Part shown: positions 36,501-48,500 of the stretch, in pieces
How the letters are laid out: every line of letters begins with the position of its first letter
Numbering within the stretch: the stretch's first letter is position 1
IMG/VR virus record: IMGVR_UViG_3300047548_001221
Coordinates: 1-59,036 of that record
Strand: one strand, 5' to 3'
Source of the DNA: a virus
Lineage: Duplodnaviria > Caudoviricetes
DNA: 59,036 nucleotides
Program-made: the position numbers and the translations under genes
Notes under the pieces: generated by a model
Seen by the model: the letters and a program-made list of their open reading frames with translations, nothing else
Told to the model about the DNA's origin: nothing
Databases searched by the model: none

Positions 36501-39500
36501 GTATTATCGTTCAGCAAGGTAATGCCGGCGAATATATTGTATATGGAAATTCACAAAGTTCTGCATACTTTACAACATTAAAACCTAAATTTAGTGGGAA
36601 CTGGAAGACCTTCGAGGTAGAAGACGCAACTGTTCGTATTACAACCGAGCATTTTGAACAAGAACAAATTATTCCATATGGAACAAAATTTTATTCTATA
36701 CAAGAAGTAGCTCAATTTGTTTCTGATTACGGTGCATATTTAGAATTTTTGGGTATGCAATTTACAGAACAAGAAAATGAACTTACTATTAATTGGGATC
36801 AGATGATAGCTGAGTTCTTGTATTGGTCTCAGACAGGATGGGAAGCAGGTAGTATAGTAACGTTGAACCCTGCAGCTAAGATTCTTGTCATCAATAAAGA
36901 TAGCAATATTGTTCAGCCATTGACACTTCAACAATCTAACTTTGTGTTGAATCAGAATTTATATCCTGTACAACTCACAGATTTGGCTATAGTACGCGAT
37001 GATACATTGTTCTCCGTAACAGCACTAAACGACGGAGACACAATATCATATGGACAGTTTAATTTAAGTAATTTTGAACACGGAGTTGTGTTTGATAATG
37101 TAACTGTATTCGGTGATATTATCTATAACCTTATTACCGGATTACGTCAAACACGTATTGCAGTACGGGGTACAAAATCAGCAGCATGGAACGGCACAGT
37201 TAACGCAGCTGGATTCATTTACAATCAAAACAATATTAAAGAATGGAACAAATTTACCAAATATACAAAGGGTGAAATTGTAATATATAAAAATAAGTAT
37301 TGGGTAGCTACTAAGGTTATACAGGCTAGTGAAATTTTCAAGGAAGAAGATTGGAAACGCACAGACTACAATGAAATACAAAAAGGATTGTTAGCTAACC
37401 CAAGTACTAGAAGTTATGAAAGTACACTGTATTATGATACAAACCAAACTAACTTAGAAAAAGATGCGGATCAATTGTCATTTAGTTTAATAGGATACAG
37501 ACCTAGAGATTATTTGGCATTGGCAGATTTAACAGATATAACTCAAATCAATGTATACAAAAACTTGATAAAAAATAAAGGAACAAGAAATTCTACAAAT
37601 GCCTTTAAGGGAGCCAATTTACCTCAAGGTGGTATAGATTATGACGTATACGAAAATTGGGCTATTAAGTCTAGTCAATTCGGTGGTGTTTTAAACAATA
37701 ATTTTATAGAGGTTAAGTTAAATGAAAAATATTTGACCGGTAATCCATCAATAGTAGGGTTAACCAATGGAGTATATAATTTAGGAGTACAACAAGAAAT
37801 TCCGTTGTACTCAATATTCAATTATGAACGACCAGTTACAGATGTAAACATACTATCTACTATATCACCTGATGAACCATCAGTAATATATCCTACTGCA
37901 GGATATGTGAATTTTAATGACGTAAAATTGACATCATTCTTTTATTCACAGTTACCAATTGGAGTAAACAAAAATGGCATAGTAATTCCTATACAAGAAT
38001 TTTATGTTAGAGATTACGCATGGGTAGCAAATTATAAAGAAAGATGGGAAGTATTTACACCATCTTCTATTGGAAGAGTAGTCAATGCAAAGAACAATTT
38101 AAATGAAACTGTAACTTTAACATTTGACGTTCCGCACAATTTGCGACAATATGATCCTTTTGCAATTGTTAACTTTGAAGAAAATATAGATGGTTATTAT
38201 ATAGCAACAATTGTTATAGATCCATACCGAGTTATGGTTAATAAAGTTCTTGATCCAAGTATCAAAACTATCACTGGTCAGGGCGTTGGATTAAGATTAA
38301 AAACACAAAGAGTTGCTACTCCGGCGGATATTGCTTCTCTGCCTTTGTTAAACACAGAATTTACAAAAAATACAGTTTGGGTAGATACCAATACAGATGG
38401 ATCTTGGGGAGTTTATCGTAAAGGTATTAATTATCAATTACAAGATCAATTAACAAAAACTTCATCTCAATCTTTAGGTAGTGCAGTAGCTATAGGAGAG
38501 AATTTAGGTTACCTAATAGGCGATGCAGATGATGGTAAGGTTTATAGATATACTTTTAATGATTTAACACAAACTTATCAATTAGTACAAACACTAACAG
38601 GTGGCGCTAGTTTTGGTAGCACTATTGCATATGCCGATGATTTATATGCTATAGCTGAAACAACTGGGACAACCAGAAACATTAAGTTATACCAGCTACA
38701 AAATACAACTGAATCTGATGACTTGGTATTATACCAAACTTTAAGTGTACCCGGCGTATCAACCACAAACTGGGGACAGTCGATATCTATATCCGGTGAC
38801 AAATATTGGATTTATGTTTCTGATATTGTTCAAAACACAGTTTACGTGTATCGCCGTTCACATGTTACTACCCCAGCGGGTAATTTTACAATAGGACAAA
38901 CATACACGATAGCTGAATTGGGTGACACTGATTTCAAACTTGTAGGTGCAACGACCAATGTAGTTGGAATATCGTTCATAGCTACAGGAGTTGGTAGTGG
39001 TACTGGTGTTGCAATCAAATCAACATATGTTGAGGCTGCAATAATCGATGCTGATGCATTGTCATTAACAACTGCAGGAGACAATTTCGGAACTTCAATA
39101 AGTACTGACTATTCAGGTGATCGTGTGGTTATAGGGGCACCTAATCAAAATTATGGAACAATCGACAACTGGGGTTATGCTTATATCTTTAACAGATTAG
39201 TTCAAAATATAGAAATACAAAACAATGTAACTCCTACTACATTACAATTAGCTTGGACTCCTACAACTGTTCAAAAAACCGTATCTGCTACAAACGGTGC
39301 ACCAAATTATACGATCACATTAAACGATGTGGTTGGATTGAATGTCAATGATCCTGTAGTGTTTACTGCTACAGGAAGTGGCCTCAGTGGTACAAATATT
39401 GTTTCTGATCAAATTTATTATGTCCACAGCATTCCTTCGGGAACTGAAATAAAAATTAAAGAAACTAGGTTCGCAACATCACCATATGCTGTTACTACCA

Positions 39501-42500
39501 ATGCATCCGTCAGTGCCACATTGCATGTTCAAACAGAAAGCTTATTAGTTTACAGGAATGGTACTATCGTTGATGACAACAATTATGCCGTTATAAACGA
39601 TAAATTATTATACACGGGAGCTTTAAGTGCAGGAGACATTGTAACAGTAAGTAGTAATGAAATAATTTATACCCAGACATTAACTACTGAAGAATCACCT
39701 CAAATTGGTTCTCAATTTGGTATTAGTTTAGATGCAAATACCTACGCTAGTGAAATATTAATCGGTGCACCATTTCAACTTAATTCACAAATTCAAGAAG
39801 GTGCAGTATATAGATTTACTGATGGCGGCGCAAAATACGGTACAATTATAGGTACGGGAGAATGCAATGTCACTACTGCAAGAAAAATTTTGATTAATGG
39901 ATATTTAGTTTATTTGGCAGCAGGAAATGCAGAGGACAGCGCAAATATTATCAAAGCATCAAACATTACAAATGTTACTGCAACCGCAATTAACAACAAA
40001 TTGGTTATATCTTTGATAAACATTGATCTAGCACCAAATAACGAAAAGCTATCATTGAGTGTTGATGATTATGTAACTTTGCAAGAATTAGGTATTAGCA
40101 TATTCACAAAAACACAAGAAATTTTGTGCCCGCATACAGAAGGACCTACACAATTTGGAACTGTTGTTAAATTTAATCAATACGATAGTTTTATAGCAAG
40201 TGCGCCAGCTGGTACACGTTATAGTGCAACCACTTTTGATTTTATTGATGATGAAAATCAAGATAATGACACTATTTTTGATAACAATGCAACTCAGTGG
40301 ATAGACCAATCTCCTAATTTTGGTGCAGTATACATGTTTGATTTTATACCGCAATATCAGTCAAACATTTTAAATCCAGGTAAATTCATATACGCTCAAA
40401 GTGTGAATTCCCCAAATATTGTTTATAGTCCATTTAATACTTACGATCAAGATACGGATGTGACAGAAAACAATCAACCTCGTTATGGAACTGCATTAGA
40501 TTTCAATGGTTACTCATTGATTGTGGGAACTCCGGGAGACACAGGTTCTACTTCAGGAACTACATATTCTGGTTCTATTACAACATACAATAATATCTTA
40601 AATGTAAAAGATTGGACATTATTTAGATATTCTGCTCCGGTAGTAGATGTGAATAAACTATTCAACATACAACTGTTTAGTGCAGAAACTAATAATACAT
40701 TGATTAATATGGACTATATAGATCCATGGCAAGGTAAAATATTAGGTGCAGCTAGAGAAAATATAGATGTCATTTCTAATGACGATCCAGCAACATACAA
40801 TAATACGGGAACCGCACCAGGCGGGATAGTTTGGGGCGCAGCACAAATAGGAAAAATATGGTTTAATACGTCAAATATTAGATATGTAAATTATCATCAA
40901 AACAATGATGTTGTGTACAATAGTCAATACTGGGGAACATTGTTTCCTGGTAGTGATGTTGCAATATATACTTGGATAGCAAGTAACGTATTACCCGCAG
41001 ATTATCAAGGTCCCGGAACGCCGTATCAAATAGATTCGTATTCAATTCAATATGTAATTAACTCAGCCGGAGCATTAACTCCTGTATATTACTACTGGGT
41101 AAGAGATACTAATATTATTTTTGCTGACAATGGAAAAACTCTAGCAGATTCTATAATTGCATCATACATTGAGAATCCCAAAAATTCAGGTGTAAGTTAT
41201 TTTGCTCCATTACTACCGAACGTTTATGGATTATATAACAGTGGAGAATACATTAATGCAACTGATAGTGTGTTGCATTTAGGGTTCGCAACTGGTAAAA
41301 ATGATGATCCATCTCATCAGCAATTTAATTTAATACGTGATGGGTATGCAAGTGATTTCTTACCAGGTGTTCCATTATTACCTGAACAACTACCTGAAAA
41401 TCTTTATGATAGAATGTTAGACAGTTTATGTGGTGTAGATGAAACAGGTCAAGTTGTTCCTAATCCATATTTGCCACGCGCAGTTCAAACTGGTGTTCTT
41501 GCAAGACCTAGACAAAGTTTCTTCTTTAACCGTTTCACCGCGTTACAAAATTATCTACAATATGCTAACACGGTGTTAGCACAATATCCTATCAGTGAAA
41601 TTAGACAATCATTGTTCTTGAACTCATCTGGTCCTTTTTACGAAACTGCTGATTACTGGCAATATGTAAATTGGTGGGCTCCTGGCTACGATAATAACAC
41701 AAAGTCTGCAATGCAGGTTTCAATCTACGCTGATTTGTCAACTCTTACTGTTCCGGTAGGAACTATTGTAACTGTATTGACTAATAATGAAGGTAAGTCT
41801 GAAACATACGTTTATGAAGCAATCGGTAATTGGAACCGCATAGGATTAGAAAATGGTACAATAGAATTTAAATCTTCATTGTGGGATTACGCTAGCGTGA
41901 GATTAGGATACGGTGACAATTTCTTTGACACAGACATATATGATCAGTATCCTAGCGAAGAAACAAGAAAAATTATACGTGCGCTGAACGAAGAAATTTA
42001 TGTTCAAGATTTATTAATTCATCGCAATAAGAGTTTGATATTGTTGTTTGAATATATTCAAAGTGAAACAAGTGAAAATCAAAATTATTTGCCGTGGTTA
42101 AATAAAACATCGTTGATAGATGTATCTCATACCATACGTGAATTGAGACCGATAGAAGTATTTCAAACTGACAATCAAGAATTTTTGGCAGGATACTTGA
42201 ATGAAGTAAAACCATATCACGTTGTAATTAAAGAGTTTGTATTTAAATACACCGGTGAAGAGTTATATACTGGTAACATTACAGATTTTGATTTGCCGGC
42301 AAAATATAATAAATCGTTGGAGCAATTTGTCAGCCCGCAGTTGGTGTATAGCAATCCAAGCGGTTCAACTGAATTTTTACCAAATAATACGATTTGGCAA
42401 GAACCTGAATATTCTCAGTGGTTTGAAAATAAAGGTGTAAGTATCACAGGTGAAAAAGATTTCCAGTTAACAACACTGGCATCATATATTTCATTGAATA

Positions 42501-45500
42501 CTGCATCTTTTGCAGTTGATAATGCCCAGGGATTCCCTACTAACGGCGTAATAACGATCGGTACTGAAAAAATAGGTTATTCTTCTGTAGATCGTGCTAC
42601 TAATATTATTTCCGGATTAACGCGCGGAGTCGACGGAACCAATGTGTCTACACATATACCAGGCGCATTAATTTATACCGATTTACCACCTGTATTACTA
42701 TTGAATGGTGGTAGAGGATATACAGAACCTCCTAAGGTTGTTGCATACTTGGATACAACAATATATCCAGCTCCTACAAGAACTGCGGTATTAGAGGCAG
42801 TAATGAGTTTGGACAGTGTATTAAGAATTGATGTAATAGATCCTGGCCAAGGATATGCTGCGTTACCTACAATTAAAATAGATCCGGCAATTACAATTAA
42901 TTTTTCTAGTGAAGACGTAAATCCTAACATTGATACAATTAGATTGTATGCTCCATTATTAGAAACAGGGGATTTGGTTCAATATAAAGTCGGAGCAAAC
43001 AGCACTGCAATAGGTGGATTAGAAAATAATCAATGGTATTATGTTAATGTATTAGAAACGGTACCGACAGTTGTTGTGGGTTTATATACAAATTATTTAA
43101 ATTCATTGGTTGACCATGACAGAATTGCAATCTATAATGCAGGAACAGGTGTAAATCATTCACTTAATTTAGGTGCAAGAGCAAGTGCAATTTCAACTGC
43201 GTATCCAATTAGAGAAAATGATATAACATTAAGATTTGACAGAACTACTTACAATTCTGATATTATAGAATGGATTGCAGGAAGATATTACGGTGCTTTC
43301 TATGCAGGTAGCTATTCTAATAGTGAATCAGTAGCAAGTTCTTCAATAACTCTACAAAGTACACAACCTCCTATTGCAGACATATTGGCAAGTGCACAAG
43401 GTGTGGCATTTGAAATTACCGATTTAAGGAATGAAAGAGTAATTACTTATAGTTCCTTTGTTCGTAACGTACAAAGCACTGAAAATTTTGATAATTCAAT
43501 AAGATTAATACTGCAAGATGATGGATCAGGCAATCCAAATGCTTCAGGAGGTACATTAGGTTTCTACGTAGGAATGCCTATAAAATTTAAAGGAGCTACC
43601 GGAACAAGTAATTTAATTAACGATACCGTTTACTATGTAAACAGTATTATCAGTTTGACTGATTTTACTATTTCTGCAAATTCTTCAGGCAGTCCTATAC
43701 TTACACTTAATGATTTCAACCCCACAACAGTAGGAGGATTAGAATGTTATGTTGGTGAAGTAACTGATACTGCAGTAATTACTGTTAATTATCCAGGTAT
43801 TAGAAATATAACAGCCACCACTGCAATAACAAACAAAGTAACGATACCGTTTAACATTACTGGAACCGGTGGAACAGAAGGATTCTATATTGACCTTCCT
43901 ATTTTCTTTACAGGGACAAACAACACTTTACCTCAGAACGGTGTATTCGGTGGAATTGTAGAAAATCAAGTTTATTACGTCACGACAGTAGTTGACGAAC
44001 AAACGTTTACAATGTCTACTACTACCAATCCACTAGTATTTACAGTTTTATCTACTGATGCAGGTACTGATGCAGTATCTATCGACGGCGATACTTCTAA
44101 ATTGTATATCAATGAGCCTATAATCTTCAATACAATGGTAATTTCAGGCTCTAAAGCAACATCGTTTGGAAACATCGTATCAGGTAAAACTTATTACGTT
44201 TCTGCTATTACTTCACCTAGCACTTTCCAAATATCTGAATCTATAAACGGTCCGGTATTTGCACTATCTACTGTATCGGCTGCTAATAACACCTCATCCT
44301 TAGTAACGAGCCAAAAAGATACTGTACCTTTGGATACAGCTACAGGTTCTACTATGGTTGTAAACATCAGTTTACCAGTAAGTCCTGGACAGGTTAATGG
44401 CCAACTATTCACAATGTATGAAACTTCAGAACAATATCCTAATTTAGTAGGTAATGATGGAAGTTTAATTACTAGAGGAGTTGCATCTTTAATTGGACAA
44501 AGAATTATTGACGGTAATCCAGTAGATGTTAACAGAATAGTTTTGACTAATTTTAATGCTGGAACTAATGTAGCATTATTATTAACCAATCTATATGTTA
44601 ATATGCCAATGGAAATATCAGAAGATTTATTTGATAGCAGTTCATATTTGACTCTAGGCACAACGTATTACATAGTAGATATGGATATAATTGAGGTTGA
44701 AGTTACAAACACATCTCAAGTTACAACTGGAGTAACAGTTACTGCAGGCAATTTTGTTACAGGTAGTACATACATAATTGTAACTTTAGGAACTACAGAT
44801 TTTACCTTAATCGGTGCAACATCAAATACTATTGGATTAAAATTTACTGCAACAGGTCCAGGAGTAGGTACAGGAACTGCCAATGTTGTAAGAAATCAGC
44901 TAACATGTGATACTACAGAATCATTATTTGCAGATATGCCAATTAGTTTTACTGGTGCAGGCATAGGCGGAGTGAATATTGACGTTGAGTACTATGTCAA
45001 AGAAGTAGTAGATGATCACCATTTCACGATAACAAACACGCCTGGTGGTTTAGAAATTGTAGTTCAAACTGCTAATGGATTGATGACAGGCATTGGGTTA
45101 CCTTATATTAAGTTGGCTACAACTATAGGTGGAACAGATGTTAATCCAGGAGACACAGAACAGGCAGCATCAATCAATGTAGCAAGCCCTGCGGTTGTAA
45201 CTGTAACCGAAGCTCCACAAAACGGAAATACCATTATATTTAGAAATGGTAATGTTCCTAACGGCGTAGCATTGAATACTACATATTATGTACGTAACGC
45301 ATCCTCAACAACATTTAATATATCTTTAACTCCCGCCGGCGCATTAGTTAATTCATCTGGTTCTTCTGGATCTACAACGATGATTAATACTACTAGCGCA
45401 ACAATGGATCAAACACCATCAGGTATTCCTGAATTTGATGTAAGTTACATTTTAGGAGGATATAGAGCTATTATCAGTTCTCCAGGCTCAGGATATGCGA

Positions 45501-48500
45501 TTGACAATAAAATTACTATTTCAGGTACTGATATGGGAGGGGTATCTCCAGAAAATGATTTGACCTTGACAGTTAATTCTATAGATAGTTTAGGTGAAAT
45601 TACTAGTGTAATTTGTGCAGGTACTGTACCCGGACAAAACAATCAATACTACTTGAAAGTTATTTCTCCTACGGAGTTTGAAATATATCAAAATGCGTTA
45701 ATGACAGTTCCGGTTAGTGGATTGGGATTACCTTATAAAGGTGTAACGCAGTCTATAGTTAATAATTTAACTTCAGGAACAGAAACGTTAACATTAGATG
45801 ATGCTTCAGGATTTGCTGTTAACGATGCGGTTGTCTTCACCGGAAACCTAACACCTACAGTAGGCTCTAATCCTACAATAACTGCAGGAAAAACATATTA
45901 CATAACAAGTATTGTAGGCAATGATATCACTATTTCCGATGAGCCCGGTGGCACTAATGTTGATATTTTAACTACTGTGGCAGCCGATTTCACAATAGCA
46001 AAATCTGGATCATTTGTATTGTTACCAGAACCGTTCATATTCAATCAGAGTATTGTGAAATATAATAATCGTGTTTATGTCTGTATCATTTCTAACAATG
46101 ATGATGAATTTGTTTTTGGTAAATGGGAATTATTAACAAGTGGAGATAGAAGATTAAATGCTATGGATCGTGTTATAGGGTATTATGATCCTACAAGTAA
46201 CATGCCTGGTGTTGATTTAAGTCAATTGTTCGAAGGAATAACATATCCAAATAGCATTTATTTAGGAAATCCATTCCAACCTGATGAACAATTCCCAATT
46301 GATACTATACTACAAGATCAACCATTTTATCCAACTGATGTTGATATAAAAGCGGTAGCGTGGGATGGTACAAAATATTTTGCCCCAGCTGACACGCCGG
46401 AATATTCAGCAGTCATCACAAGCGAAAATACCAATGAATGGGAAATTTCAAAATTAGCAAATACTCCATTGGGCGTTACTGATATAATTTATGCAGGTGG
46501 TTTTTACATCATAACGACTAACAATAATGCTACTCCTATATTCAGAAGTAATGACGGGGTAACATGGACCACAAACAGTACTGGTCTAAATGTTGCATCA
46601 ATTTCTTTAAATTCTGTGTCATATCTCAATTCTCTTTGGGTAGCGGTAGGAGAAAATATTGTTTCTAGCGACGATACTTATATTTGGAGAGAAAGATTTG
46701 AATTTTCTAATCCATCATTAGAAAATATATTATACGGTGTCTTAGGTATATCTCTAACAAATTATACAGGATTTATCGCTGTAGGTAAAGGACAACAATT
46801 TGACTATTCTACAGGAATAACTTTACAAGAAGATATCAACTTGATTGTAACCAGTACTGATGGTATAATATGGAATCAATTAACACCGGTCTCTGCAAAA
46901 GGCTTATACGGAATAGCATATAATGCTAACAATATTGTTGTCGTAGGTGAAGACGGAATTATTTATACTTCAACTAACGGTAATAATTGGTTGGGAGTAA
47001 ATGAAGTAAAAATTATAAGTGCTAACAGCGTTGCAAATGAATTGAACGTAACCAACACTAGTGGTTTTACAGTAGGAGACATTGTTTATTTCAGTGAATC
47101 ATTTAACGTTATTGTAGCCGGTACTCCATATTATGTTGTTAACATAATTTCTTCAACTCAGCTTCAAGTAAGCTTAACATCAGGAGGCCTTCCAATTACG
47201 TTAAATTCTAATGATCCACTTGTAAACACCTATATGCATTTGGCATATACTTCGTCTTTACGTGACGTTGCATATTCAAATGGAGTTTACATAGCAGTAG
47301 GAGATAATGGATTAATTAAAACATCTACTACTGGATCTGGATTGTGGAATACTCAAATTTCAGGTACAACAAAAAATCTCAGAGGCATAACATATAACAG
47401 TGATGATGGCATTTGGATAACAGTAGGAGACGATAATACAATATTAACAAGTGTTGATAATGGAATCACTTGGATCGCTTCGTCAATTTTTGCTCCGCAA
47501 TCAACTATTTACGATGTTCAAGGTGCAGAATTCACATTTGGTTATGGACCAGAAGAATTAGTTCCTGGAGTAGTTACAGATAACCTTACTATGATTGTTG
47601 CTACTAGACCAGGTACAAACTGGAATGAAACTATATATCAACACGTAGGGTATAATGTTGCCTCATTGGAATTATCACCACAATCAGGAACACAAATAAC
47701 CTATAGTTTTGATGTGGCCAATGTCAATAATATTCAAACACCAGCCAAACTATCAGTGTTTGTAATAAACGGAACAACTGGACTATGCACAACCATTTAT
47801 GAAGGATTAGATTACAGTATAGATTGGATCACATTGACAGTAACATTGAATACTCCGTTGGCATTTACACCTGTCGCCGACAGATTAAGAATAGACATAT
47901 ACGAAGTAGGAAATGGTAGTCAATTAGTGAAAGCAAGCACTAAAACCGATCCTATCAGAATAAATGAAACAACTGGATGGAATGAAATTTATGTCAATTG
48001 TAATTATTCAGGGGAAATATACCAAGGTTCAGGAGTAATTAGACCAGGAACAAGCCCAATAGATGCAGTGTGTGTTGAAACTGATGCTGTTTCTAATTCT
48101 ATTTTGTGTGAAGATGTATCTGGTTTTGTTTTAAATAATGCAATTACGTTCCAGGGAACTACATTTGGTGGTATACAAGAAGATACAGTTTACTATGTAA
48201 AAACAATTAGTTATGTAACCAATAGGATTACTATTTCTACCACGTTCAATGGTGGCACAGGAACAGCAGGACCTACATTATCTCTAACTGATGGTTCTGG
48301 GTACATGACAGCTATTATATCTACAGGTACTGGGTTAGTATGGACAGACCCTATAATTTATCATAATGGAAACAAGTTGTTATTAGGGACTACCGGCACC
48401 GTCACTAGAACAAAAGCAGCACCATTTAATACAATAACATGTAGCACTACATCATCATTGGCTATAGGTGAACGTGTGGTATTTAGTGATACTATGTTTG